A stretch of DNA of 64,000 bases from Paraspadella gotoi (lineage: Eukaryota; Animalia; Chaetognatha). A program made the translations under genes and the position numbers. The stretch covers positions 9,087,709-9,151,708 of the forward strand of contig CM119263.1 in NCBI GenBank assembly GCA_051294375.1, written 5' to 3'. Shown one piece after another: positions 18,291 to 33,715 of the stretch. Each line of letters starts with the position of its first letter. Position 1 is the first letter of the stretch. The notes below the pieces were generated by a model. That model ran no database searches. It was not told the origin of the DNA and worked only from the letters and a program-made list of their open reading frames with translations.

Positions 18291-18655
18291 AATTAAAGTA
18301 AATAAATAAATAGAATTTAGAATAGAATTATGAATAAATGATTTAATTAAATATTCCATTGGAATAAATAACAAATTTATATTTTTTTTTGTTTTAAAAT
18401 AAAAAATATAAATTGTGTGAAATGAATGTATTAAAAGAAAAAGATATAAAATATATGCTTATGTAAACTTATTAGATAAAATAAATATTAAACAGAACGT
18501 AAAAATTTTTTTTGAATAAAATATATGTAATAAAAACCAATGGCAGCTGATAATACTCTCAGAATTTAGTAATATCTAAATTTGAAAAAAACGAAAATTT
18601 GGAAAGCAATGGAAAAGGTTTTAATTTGGAGCAAAACCTTTTTTGATATTCGGCT

Positions 18656-18663
18656 TATAAAAA
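18656..18663 (+). promoter_or_regulatory. TATA-box candidate upstream of the peptide precursor start codon
   Basis: tataaaaa ~100 bp upstream of ATG 18763, where the AT-rich tract gives way to GC-richer sequence. tcagtc at 18737-18742 could be an Inr or a splice acceptor. Confidence 0.3.
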
Positions 18664-18762
18664 CCAAAAGCACAAGAGGCGAACGCGCCGCTTTTTTGCG
18701 CCTCCGCATTCGCCTCCCTTCTCCCCAATTTTTGACTCAGTCCAAGTTCGCCACTCAAAAAC

Positions 18763-21272
18763 ATGCGCCTCCGCGCGTTTTTCACTCCCGCCTCCGGAAT
18801 CTCGTCTGCATCTTGGTTTCTGGTACAAAAAAAAAATGAAAAAAAAACAGTCAAATGGTAAAGGTTAAACCGGGAAAAATAAGAATCGATTGAAGAGGAG
18901 GGCTTGGAATAGTATACTATATAGGTTTGAGAGGAAAGTGGTTAATAATGTTTAATAATAGTAAATGTAAGGAATTTATAAGAGCTGGGGTAAAATGATG
19001 GTTGAATTTAAAATCTTCTAGTAATTTATTTTCTTTTCGGTTCGTTTTTACAACACCGAAGTCGACGCTGATAAATTTTCATTTAGCAATAATAAATTTT
19101 TTTGAGAACAATCAGGTGTGAGGGAATTGCCCACTGATCCGGCTTTTGATTTGGGTACAGTAGTCAAATCGATGAAAAAAAAATTTTCTCGAATTTCCGT
19201 TGCCTAAACGTATTTAGATTGTAAATAGAACTGATGTAGATAAATGTTTATTACGTTTAAAGCTCTTACGTCAGCACTGAGGGTTTAAGATCGTGTTTCC
19301 AAGACGGCGATTGATTGGGGTCTATTAAATTACGCCGCTAATAACATAAGGTGGGTTTTGCATATGCGATCTATAATTCTCTCTTGAATAAAGTACTCAG
19401 TCGATCTCTGGGTTCCTTTAAATAATAGTGTTTAGTTTCTAGTGTGCATATTACATATGGTCCTATTTATTTCAAAAATAGAAGTTAAAAACCATTCGAT
19501 AATCAGATTCTGTCTTCTACAAGTGTTTTTCAGATTCACTATTCCAAATAATAGAGGTATCTGTTACCCTTGCACTGATTTTTTCTCTTTCGGAAAACAG
19601 AAACCGCGATTTTACGTTTTGAAAATGAAGGCTTTTGTTGTTTTTTTGGGTATTTCTTTTTGTGGCCTCGGCGAACGGGTAAAACCCATTTAAATTGATT
19701 CATTAATCAATTTTAATTTATATTTTATTTATTAACCAAAACGATTTTAAACGCTTTGACAATTTTGTTCAGCTGCGGACGAACTGAGCGTTTGCATAGA
19801 TGAATGCGATAACTCTTCCTCTGAAACGCTCAGAGAAGGCATGTCTGGTCCTATTTGCACATAAACGTTTTGGTTAAGTTGCGTGGAAAATACCCGCCAC
19901 GCCTTCACCCGCAAGATTGGGACGCTCAGTTTTACAACCAACACATAAAGGAATTGAATGAAAAAACGTGTGTTTATAAACAAGACTCGCATTACTTCAA
20001 AAACGACAATGAAATTTAAGTATATTTCTCTCTCTCTCTCTCTCTTTCTATCTCTCTCTCTCTTTCTCTCTTCTCTCTCTCTCTCTCTCTCTTTCTTTTC
20101 TTCTTCTCTCTCATCTTTCTCTCTCTCTCTCTTTTCTAAACGTGAGTGCGAGAAAAACGGAGTTTCAGTGACTGATTGTCTTTCGGGATGTGTAATGCAT
20201 TTGCCCGGCTGGTTCATCGATGCCCCATGCCGAGCGGTATCTGCTATTAAGGAGGCGGAGGACAGATGTTCGATGACGTTGTTGAGTGTTGAATTTTACT
20301 CTTAGGACTAAAGAATGCGAAATTGCCCAATTGACGATGATCGCTTTCCATGCCAAAGTCAAAGTACTAAATAATTTTTAGGCCTACAACTGGGTGGACG
20401 ACTGCATGGCAGAACTGTGATCGATATCCAGAAGGTTCAGCGAGAAACAACTGTATCAAAAATAGTTTTTAGTGGAATTTGTCTTGGGTCTCTGGGGCAG
20501 ATATACTGCTCAAATTTTCAAATTTCGATTTCTATGCCAGACAAAGTCAAAGTGTACTTAAATAAAATTATTTAGGCTACAAACTAGGGATGTACTGCAT
20601 GAGGCAGACTGTGATCGATATCATGCTAAGGTTCAGCAACGAAATAAAACTGTCATCAGGCATTTGCAACATCTTTGGAGGACTAAACAAACAGATCTTG
20701 ACGGTCAGATGTTTACCTNNNNNNNNNNNNNNNNNNNNNNNNNCACTTCTTGGTCGAATAGTTTCATTGTTAGCTCAGAATCAGATCCTTTCAAATTCGC
20801 TCGCATTTTATTTTTTTCAGCTCATTTCAATAGTTAAGTATTATCTCATCGGCACTCATATATCCTTTAAAATAACCAAATAATCCTACAAATCGTTTTT
20901 TACTTTTGGCTCAGACCCTGAACCGGCGAAGAGAAGCTTTGTTACGGATTGCCTCAAAGATTGCGATGATCTGCCGGCCGGCACCCGCGCGCCTTGCAGG
21001 GGCGACTGCCTTAGGGGTGAGACGGGATGAGATAACAATATGTAAACTGACTTGGCGGGACCTATTAAAATGGTTTAGTAATTTGTTCGGTCTCTGGCTG
21101 TACTGCACGTAGTTGGAAATGAATGTAAACAGTAAACAAATAAAACTGTTTCCTAATTTCACTGTTAGGTTACGGCTTCGATGAATGCATGGTCGACTGC
21201 GAGAGATATCCCGAGGGAAGCGCGCGAAACAACTGCCACAAATTCTGCATCATTTTTGGAAGTCGCACCTAA
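18763..21272 (+). CDS. Secreted multi-domain cysteine-rich peptide precursor (CX3C-Xn-CX3C helical-hairpin modules, dibasic processing sites); most complete copy
   Basis: Exon 1 (18763-18822) is aaaaacATG-RLRAFF..(indels)..LVCILVS-G|gtacaa, a signal-peptide-like hydrophobic stretch. Pro-region exons at ~19040-19154, ~19275 and ~19535. 19773 AADELSVCIDEC; ~20140 RRKR-SFV module; 20382 and 20576 YNWDDC exons; 20821 micro-exon; error-free exons at 20915-21016 and 21169-21272 ending in TAA. Confidence 0.8.
20915..21016 (+). CDS. Exon (D)PEPAKR-SFVTDCLKDCDDLPAGTRAPCRGDCLR(G)
   Basis: ctcag|ACCCTG...CTTAGGG|gtgaga. 102 nt, phase 1/1, open. Synonymous differences from exon 15659-15760 (e.g. AGT TTC GTG ACT GAT TGT CTT vs AGC TTT GTT ACG GAT TGC CTC) indicate protein-level constraint. 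Confidence 0.9.
21169..21272 (+). CDS. Terminal exon (G)YGFDECMVDCERYPEGSARNNCHKFCIIFGSRT*
   Basis: ctgttag|GTTACGGC...ACCTAA. Phase-compatible with the preceding exon, CX3C-X11-CX3C motif, synonymous divergence from the YNWDD exon (TAT CCC GAG GGA AGC vs TAT CCA GAA GGT TCA). Confidence 0.9.
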
Positions 21273-23633
21273 GACCAAAGTCCAAGAACAGGGGAAATGG
21301 GAAAGAATAATGGAAAATTAAATAGAAATAATACCAAAAGAAAATTTAATCGTAATTTGAAGTTGCTAAAATAGTAAAAAGCCGGTTTTGAATATATAAT
21401 TAATCGTCAATTCTTCAAATCCCGTTAGTTTTCAAAGTACAAACGCTAGGAAAAGGCAAAATATTAATATAACCAGAAAACCAGAACTATTTTTCTTTTC
21501 TTCTCTCCTTTTTTTCCTCCTCGTTTCCAGTTCCGGTTCTCTTAATCGTTTCCAACGCCACTTGAACTTCGTCCTTTGTTATGCTCTTAGACTTTCTCCT
21601 TTTCTCGGCCGCTCACTGCTTAGCCACTTCACGTTCACTCTCTCTTCTCCGTTCGTTCTCTCAAGGTTCTATCACTTTTGAGACTTAGCCTTCTGTCACG
21701 GACTCTCACTCCTTTTTATCACTGAATCACTTGCTTTTCTTTGCTTTTTCTAGTCATTTATAATTTTGACATTTAACTTCTTTCCTTTAGTTTTGCTCTC
21801 TCCTATCACTCACTTTATAATGTTTTTCATTCTCTTTGTAAATATCTTGCCTTTAAATTTTCCCCGACACTTACCCTCTTGTCCTTCACCCTTTCTTCGC
21901 CACTTACCCTCTTGTCTTTCACCCACTTTCCCCTCCGGCTTACCAGTTCGAGTGGTGCTTCTTTCGAGTATCCTTCGTCGTTGTCGTCGTCGTCGTCGTC
22001 GTCATCAGATTTGTCGTTTTCGTCTACGTCGTTGTTGTTGTCGTTATCCTCGTCAGGATTTCGATGGGGTTAGGACCGAAAGTAACAGATGGAAGAATCG
22101 GAAGATGCAAAGTTAATTCGCGGATGTGGACAGATGGTTTAAGGGATTGCCTGAGATCACAACAATTACAAATATGTAAGGAACGATGAAAAACTACAAT
22201 TTACACGATTTATTAAAAATCCAAAGCCGAACGATTAATGGTTATACTAGTACTTACTACGTATGAGTCAAACGAGGGAAGCGAGGGAAGCAAATGAGGC
22301 AAGCTTTCGAGGCAAGCATGCGAAAGAGGCGAGTCGAGCGAGGCAAGCGCCTACCAATTTCAAGGCCGGAAAAGAAACGTAAAGTTTTTACAGTCGAGTT
22401 CGTTCCATGGCTGAATAGAAAACGAGTTGACTGTGCGACTGTGAAACGATGAGGCTCGGTGACGAATACGCGATGCAAATCCTTACAGCGACCGGAGCCG
22501 GCGGCGCCGCCGGAACGCAGCCGTCGCCGACGCCCCCGCCGACGCCTCCGCTTCATCCGAAGCGAGATATTTGATCGGGATGAGTCGATCCGTTTCATGG
22601 GTCAAAAATTGGGTCCCGTGGAAGACGAATCGGGAGGCAAATCCTTCCAAACTANNNNNNNNNNNNNNNNNNNNNNNNNNNNNNNNNNNNNNNNNNNNNN
22701 NNNNGAGAGATAAGAAAAAACATTCATCATAACTTTTGAACACCTTCTAATGACTGTGCTGCGGCATTTCGGCACGCAAGACACTCAACACAACACACGG
22801 CACGATTACATCCGAAAGGGCAGCCGCTCCGTGAAAACCGTTGGACGCGAGCGTCACGATTTCGCGATCCGGAGAATTAAATTCCTTTTCGCAATTTCCA
22901 TTATCGGCCGATAAACATTAAAAAGCTCCACGACGAGAGAAACTGAAAGGGGATAGGAAACAAAGGAGACCGACGACGACGACGTCGTAACGACGAACGA
23001 CGACGACGAACGACCGCGACCGACGGCGACGATCGACGACGGGGCGACGGCGAACAATGATGACTGCCACCAGTGGGCGCTACAACGTTGAACCGCAGAG
23101 CAAGAAGTGGGAACTTGGAGAGAAATTTAGATGTTCACTGAGGTCGAAACTTTTCGAGAAACGTTTCAAAAATCTCCCACGGGACAAAGAACTCCGTCAT
23201 ACGTTCACATTCGCTTTTCTTGAAATGAGGAAACTATTCTGGGTTAATTTGTTGGGTAGAAAGTCAAAGAGTAACAAAGAGAAAAGAAAATACTAAATCC
23301 TGTTTGTAAACTGTTTTTTGAGATTTTGAGATTTACAAAAATCACCTCCTCGTTTCCATTAATTTACTCCTTTCATTCACGGTTCTCACTCTCTTCTTCC
23401 CTCTCACCCCTTTCCCCATGGCCCCCTCCATCCTTCCCCAAGCCCCCCCGCCGAATATAACACGAAAACCGTGCACGGTTCCAAAACTTTGCTTCGCCTC
23501 ACGACAAAATATCGTCTGTAATCCAAGAGATTTTCAAGTTTTCTTTCTTTATGTTCGGGGGAGGGAAATTCTTATCTGGAGCATCGAATAGACGCATGGA
23601 AGAACGTGCGCGGTGAGAGGGAGGGCAGAGCAG

Positions 23634-23664
<31 letters not shown>

Positions 23665-23852
23665 GGAGAGAGAGAGAGAAGAGAGAGGAGAGAGAGAGAG
23701 AGAGAGGAAGTTCTAGATTTGAGTGTACAAAGTAAGGCTATTTTCGGGTTAAGTCATGGCTCCTCTGAGCTGAACCCGAGTCCAAGAGCACGAGAGAGAT
23801 AGAAGAGACACGTAAAATCCGAAGATTGAGGAATCGGAGATCGTATGAGGGA

Positions 23853-23887
<35 letters not shown>

Positions 23888-26641
23888 AGAGAGAGAGAAA
23901 GAGAGAGAGAGAGAGCAGAGAGAGAGAGAAGATAGAGAGAGAGGACAAAGGAGAGATAGAGATCGAGAGAGAGAAGAGAGACAGAAGAGAAGAACTCCTT
24001 CATATAAAACAAAAATGTTACAATGACAGCTTTCATGCTTTAATATTGTTTAGTCTAAACTAATTATTCAACCTTAGCCATTTTTTGTTATTTTTGTTTT
24101 TATTCTTCTATTGAACGATTTGAACAAGCGAAATCAGAATGGTCTCCTTGTTCAATTTTCTGCTCAAATCAAATTTCGCTCCCCACCGCAACAGTGTCCA
24201 TTCGTCTCTCAGTCTCTCTTAATAAGTCTCCGGATCTCTCTTCTCTTCCTCGTCTCTTCTCGTCGTCTGTCGTCGTCTGATTCTCTTCTCGATCTTCTCT
24301 TCTTGCTGTGGTCTCTCGTCTTCTCTCTCTCTCCTCTCCACGTCCCAGCCCTCCAAGGCGGCATTCCGCTCTCTCGGAGTGATCTCACTGAGGTCGCTCG
24401 GTTACCATCGGTCAAGCGACGAAATTATGCAAGATTAGTTACTTATTACTTATTACTTATTACTTATTACTTATTACTTTCTCGTCATTCTGGATGCATC
24501 ATTGATCACAACGGTTTGCGATCTCTCATCATTTTGTTTTTGTTGTTGTCACTCGACGTTCTCGTTGCTGTCATAAATTGTTTTCCGCCTCCCGTTAAAT
24601 CATTTTACCGCCAACAGGTAGTCATTTCCGAGACAAAAATATCTTTTTATAACTTGCGTTCCGTCTCGTCCTCTTCTTCATCTTTCTCCTCCTCTTCTTA
24701 TCATTGTCGTCCGTGGACCACTGGTCTCGTCCATCGATCACCGTCAAATTCTTATCATTAGTTGACATCATAATCTTCAACTTGACCGTCTTCAAAATAG
24801 GCCTCCAGCATCTTTAACATCGACACTCACTCAGTTGATTTTCTAGTACAGAATTCGCTATTTTCTTTCGCATTAGTCTTGCTCAATACTCATTTATTGT
24901 TTGAATGTCATATTGTTTAAAATCGTTTTATCTTTTTATCGTCTTAACTGTCAAATTGTCTCTTTTATTTCAGAAAAAAAAAATTCTTTCGCATTGGAAC
25001 TGTCGAGGTTTCTTTAGGTTTAAGGTCGAAGTTCGCTTCCTCGGCTTTTGTCATCTAATGGGAACTTTGTAATAGAGAATATAATTTTTATTTAAATATT
25101 ATAAAATATATATTCAAAGGAGAAACAAGGAAAGTCCAATGGTTCATGGAACTAAATCCTTTGGTTCATCGATCGCGATTGAGACAATTTCGAAACTCTA
25201 GTTAATTTGAAATTCTAAGGCATACGGTATCGAACGCGTGACCTGCATATATGGTAACTTGGTNNNNNNNNNNNNNNNNNNNNNNNNNNNNNNNNNNNNN
25301 NNNNNNNNNNNNNNNNNNNNNNNNNNNNNNNNNNNNNNNNNNNNNNNNNNNNNNNNNNNNNNNNNNNNNNNNNNNNNNNNNNNNNNNNNNNNNNNNNNNN
25401 NNNNNNNNNNNNNNNNNNNNNNNNNNNNNNNNNNNNNNNNNNNNNNNNNNNNNNNNNNNNNNNNNNNNNNNNNNNNNNNNNNNNNNNNNNNNNNNNNNNN
25501 NNNNNNNNNNNNNNNNNNNNNNNNNNNNNNNNNNNNNNNNNNNNNNNNNNNNNNNNNNNNNNNNNNNNNNNNNNNNNNNNNNNNNNNNNNNNNNNNNNNN
25601 NNNNNNNNNNNNNNNNNNNNNNNNNNNNNNNNCCAATTCGGACGAGACTTCAACCGCCACCTTCATCTCCGCCTTAAAGCATTCTCTCTACCGGAAGTTA
25701 GAAATACTCTTACAACTTCTGCGTGCGCGACAAGACTAAACGCAGAAGAAAAAAAACCTCGACGATGATCAAACAAGAAAAAGAACGCCCCCCCCCATCG
25801 GCCCCCCTACCTCCGAAATCAAACGAAAAAAAAGAAAGAAAGAAAGAAAACGCGAGCTAAATCAATTATTTGTCGTCGAGAGTGAAAGGTTCTTTTGTTT
25901 TCGAGGAATTTGGTGAAGTGAAAGGCAGGTGTGTCAGCGGCACTCGCGAGAGGGCGGTGGTGGGGGATTCGAGTGAGGGTTTCAAAGACGGAGGGGGGGA
26001 TTGGAAGGCTTGGATTATTAGAGGAAAAAAGGAGGCCTAATTATTTTTTTTAAAAATTATTAAAAAATAATATAAATTAACCTTGTTTCAGACAAAGATT
26101 TTTAATACGCGGATTTGGTTTTATGGAACTTGTTTTACTATATCATTTCTTTGTTTGCTAAGTCATTACATTGCGTAAGCCTTTAATTTTCATATGAACT
26201 TTAAAAAAAAATACACTCATTTTTTATTTTTCAGAAAATCCAAAAATTAACCGTCGTAGAATTTATAAAGCGACAGAGATAAAGGGGTATGAAGATTTCA
26301 TCCGAACTAAATGTAAAAATATTTTCCAGTTTTAAAGACAGAAGAAAAGAGACGTGAATCCAGCCTTGGCGCCGTTTCTTAAAAAAATCTCTTTCTTTTT
26401 TGAGTTTCGTTTTTCAGATTCTCCGGCGCCTTCCGAGTTTCTTCTCTCGATCTCCGCGTGACACTTCAAACATCCTCGCTTCCACATTTCTATTTAATCT
26501 CCATTATCATCTTTCGCATCGTCTGCGTCGTCGTCGTCTTGTCGTCTTCAAACGGTAATCTCGCATTGTTTTCTTTGTTAACATTTGGATCCCCCCTCCG
26601 CCTCCACTTCCTTAGTAAATTCCGTTCAGAATTGACCCGAG

Positions 26642-26714
<73 letters not shown>

Positions 26715-26742
26715 CGAGAGAGAGAGAGAGAGACACGAGAGA

Positions 26743-26777
<35 letters not shown>

Positions 26778-29700
26778 GTACTTCTTGTTTCTCTTATCGT
26801 AGAATCTTTCCAAAAAAAAGTCGCCATCTGCTCTTTTGTTTGAAGTTTTCGATCCGATTTTCTTTCGATCGGCCATTTTGTTTTTTTTTCACGTTTCTCG
26901 ATTTATTTTCGATCGTGCGATCGTACCGCCCCCCAGTGTGCGTATTTTCGCCAGTCGAAGAATCGAACAACAAAAGAAGATCAGTCGCGCTAGTTCCGCC
27001 ACAAAAAAAGAAGTCGGCGAGAAGTGACCGACAAAAGGGAAGGGAGGATTAATGGGAATTTAAGAAGGCTCAACGAAGAAGTAATGGAAAGTTGATTGTG
27101 GATTCAACTCTGTTCCTCAATACTGATGCGCCTTCGTCTTTGCCGGAGGAGAAAAAAGAAGGGAGGGGGAAAGAGGAAAGAAGGTGAGGAAAGGGATAAC
27201 CTACCAGTTGACTGGCAGCTGTCTGTTGTTTGGTCAAGATGACTAGCCGAAGTTGTTCAGATGTGAAAGTTTATTCGCCACGAAATCATTTTAAAACTTA
27301 AAATATAAAAAAAATGATCATCATCATTCTCTGGGTGTCCCCTTTAGATATTATGTTTCTTCTATTCTTTTATTATCTTTTAAGAGGAATGGAGGCCTTG
27401 TCCTGTTCATAATGGACCGGCGGTTTCCATTATCCAAAGTCACTGGCAAGTTTGCTAATTTATTGAATCAATGTATAACTTTGTATTGTTCGTACTAGTT
27501 TCTGCAGCAAAATTAATATCTAAAATTATAAAAAAATTTTTAAATTAAAAGTTAACACATACTAAGTAATAATAAATGGAAACAAAGAAAATTTTGTGTT
27601 TCCCTTTTGTCTCCTCTAACTTAGAGTCTAAGGCAAAAATTATCGAAAATTTTTTGTAAGATGTCAGTTCAAAATAGGACTTAAAAACAAATGACTCGTA
27701 GAGAAACTTTTGCCTCAAACTATAATAATATGTTTTTGAAAATACTAACACTTTCGAAAGATCTACCATTTGAGGCTACTTACATTAAGTTAAAAAATTA
27801 AGTTAAAAATTAAGTTAAAAAATCTATTATACAAAACATAGTCAGGAGCAATGTTCTACAATAATCACGAGGAGTTATGTTTATTATCTGACAGTCAAGA
27901 ATATCGTCATCGAAAAGAAAATAGTTAAATTATTCTTTATGTTTACGCTTCAGTTTTTTTGCTTCGAGAATTGTTGATATTGATTAATCACGTCAGTTCA
28001 ACATAAATTCAGTTCCAAATCAACCTCCTGCCCGAGAGTAAAAACCGCCGCCTCGTGATTTAAATGACGGGAGTTTCTTTTGTTATGATTTTCCGCTTTT
28101 ATTTATCAAATTCTCTCTTATTTAACGTTGTAAACTTCAACGGAAAATTAAGGCCTCGGCTTAACATTTTACGATTCCTCTCCTTTATTTCTTGACAATT
28201 ACGATGAGATAACTAGCTCTCGGAGCCACGCCGGCGAGAAAGAGGGACGTTTAAGAACCGAGAAAGAATTCTTCGGTTGGAAATACAAATTTTTTATTAA
28301 TTTTTGAATTTATTGAATTGTTCAAAAATATATTTTTTAAAAATCCAGGAAAGTTTCTTCTAACAGATAGTTATTACCATCTAGGAAAAAATTATGTCAC
28401 ATTTTTAGTAAAGGATATCTATTCGAGAACTTGTTTGATTTAAAAAAAATTTAATATTTTCAGACCTATATTGAATTACTTTTCAGTAGCTTCCTTCCTT
28501 TTTTTCATAGGTCAAATCGTTTAGAAGTTACAGACAAAAAAATATCGCGACTTCAAATAAAAAATGGCGGAAAAAAGTCATATTTATTTTTCCACCATAT
28601 TTGGTATTTAGTTTTTTTTTTTATTTTGAATCGATTTAATCTTTTTTTAATTTGGCAATGCTAAAGGCAAATGTAGGGAGTAGTCGATGCCGAAGAAGGA
28701 CATACCAAATATTGAAAATGTTTACCCATATTTTGTATATTTTTATTGAATAAATAAACTTTTCAAAAATGTTGTGATATACTTTTTCCTAGATAGTACT
28801 ATTAGGTTTTAACCTAAAGAAATAAGATTGATTGAAGAAAAAGTGAATATATCATAAGATTCTCATTTTTTACTCTCGTAAATTTTTCCAGATTTTGTTT
28901 TGCTCTACGATTCCAAAAAAAAAAAAGGAAATAAACGAACGATTTAAAAAAAAACGGGAGAAAACATTGAGAATTGGATTTTCTCAACTTTTACGAAAAA
29001 ATTCTTAAAATCACTTGAAAGCTAAAAAAACTAAAAAATATTTTAAAGCGAGCCTCTTCTCATCTTGAGCCCGCTTCTCTCGGTAGAACGAGAAAATCAG
29101 ACAAGCTTGTCGAAGATCTTAAAATCTTTCAAGAAAAGGCAAAGAAGAAATACATCTTTTTAAATAGAAAAAATCAAATTGATAATCGAAATTAAAGACG
29201 AAATAAATAAAATAAATGCTGTTTTGAAATCTTGGATTTGATGACTTTGAAAGAAAATAGTACGTTGATTCAAATACCGTAATCCATATAATGACTAAGA
29301 ATTTTTAAAAATATAAATTCCAGTATTTTATAATTTATAAAAATCTTTATTTAATATTTTATATCTCAATAAAGAGATTTGTATATTGTATAATCAAAAC
29401 CTTTGCCTTTTGCGCGAAATTTCTAAAATCAAGGACGGGCCAGTTCAAAGTGTTGCGCCGCAGTACCTATTTTTTATAAACGTACTTTCTGATAACCACA
29501 TGACTTTATAAGTATGAAACATATATGCGTAATATGTATTATCTCACTACTAAGTATTAATAAAAGCAATATGGTATTATCTAAATTATAAGCATTTAAA
29601 ATATTAGTAGGATATACTGATAAACAAAAAGACAGACCAACAGAACGACCGACCGAAAAGAAACGTATTACTCGCTCCGCGAGTAACTCGGAAGCCCAGA

Positions 29701-29945
29701 GAAGGAAATGAACCGGAGAAATTCTAAGAACATGAATTGACTGACGAGACTGGAAAAATTAATTTAGCTGCGGAGATTGATACGACTGGAACATGGACAT
29801 CGAAATTGAATATTTTGCAAAACTGCATGCGCCTACACGAATAACGTATTCGCACGTGGAACTGGGACAAGGTGCGGGGTAGAAGCTGCGTGCACCAGAC
29901 AGCTCTCGACCCTTGCCTTAGGCGAAGACGTGAAAGCGCTTATTT

Positions 29946-30007
<62 letters not shown>

Positions 30008-30528
30008 GAAGCCAGTGCCAAGTTTCTTGCCACGGCGGTTTTATGAAATGGCGACTTTTTTTAAAAGATAATCTCAACTGATAATTAACGAGTTTCGAGT
30101 GAGAAAAGAAAACGAAGACCTTTGGTCCAATTCCAAAACTTGGCGTGTCTGAAATCTCTATTTTCGAATATTACTAACTACTAAATAACAAACGGATTTT
30201 GGACAATCTTTTAAATCTTCAATCTTATATTCTTATTTATTAAAAGGGCGCAAAAAAGGAGATGACAAAGTGAAAAAAAAAAAACTTTCAAAAGAGAACA
30301 AAGACAAACTATGATTGAAAGAGAAAAGAAGAATTTGAGCCACTGAATTCCTTTTGTCATCATCATCGTTATCATCGTCGTCGTCGTCTTCGTCGACAGA
30401 ATCCCGGACAGCAAACAATAAAAAAAAACCTGTTCTGACGCCGAGAATTTGATGCATCGGCACTGAGAAGTTTGAAAACTGTTTGTCCTAACTGTTTGCC
30501 CTGCTAATCACACACACTATCTCTCTCT

Positions 30529-30576
<48 letters not shown>

Positions 30577-30851
30577 CTCGCCTCCGCCGTTTATTTAAAT
30601 CGGGAATGAATCGATAATTCGTCGAGCGATTTAAGTATTTGCGCTCTTTGAACTGCGGTTTTCCTGTCACCTCACGATTCCAAATTTAATTCGTTTCGCA
30701 AAACAATGAAAAAAAAAAGTTTTAGGATCCCAAGCTCTGAAAATTTTGTTCGTTCGAATTTTAGTTAAAGACAATGAAATCAACAACTTTGGTCTTCAAT
30801 TTCAAGTTTTAACTGCATTAGAAACCAATTTAAATCCCTCGTGGCATGGCA

Positions 30852-30932
<81 letters not shown>

Positions 30933-31061
30933 TCTCTCTCCCCCAAACTTGCATTAAATTGAATAATTTCATTACAAACTAAAACTTGTTTTACCCCGAT
31001 TTTTAATTAATACAATTAATTTTAATTCAATTATTTCTTTTCCCATCCCAGACCCGATGTC

Positions 31062-33147
<2,086 letters not shown>

Positions 33148-33715
33148 GTGAAGTATAAAATTTACGACACTGGTTGTTTTATACAATTTTTTTGGAAACA
33201 TGGGGTGCACTATAAGAGCTTAGTATGGTGGATGACGGAAAATATCACAGGGCCTCGCTATCGAGCCAGAACGACTACACTATAAGAGCTTATTAGGGTG
33301 TGTGATGGAAAATATCACAGGCCCTCGCTATCGAGCCAGAAAGATTACACTATAAGAGCTTTAGTAGGGTGGATAATGGAAAATATTACAGGGCCTCGCT
33401 ATCGAGCCAGAACGATTACACTATAAGAGCTTAGTTGGGTGGATGACGGAAAATATCACAGGGCCTCCGTATCGAGCCAGTTTGTTAGGCAGCTGGTGAG
33501 ATCTTGAATCTCAAATCAACGCNNNNNNNNNNNNNNNNNNNNNNNNNCTCTCTCGCCGTTTATTTAAATCGGGAATGAATCGATAATTCGTCGAGCGATT
33601 TAAGTATTTGCGCTCTTTGAACTGCGGTTTTCCTGTCCCTCACGATTCCAAAATTTAATNNNNNNNNNNNNNNNNNNNNCTAATTAATTTCTTTTCCCAT
33701 CCCAGACCCGATGTC

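Noticed and set aside
20915-21272. Small Tim (twin CX3C) mitochondrial chaperone
   Set aside because: Small Tims are single-domain proteins with one twin-CX3C and no signal peptide, dibasic sites or tandem modules.
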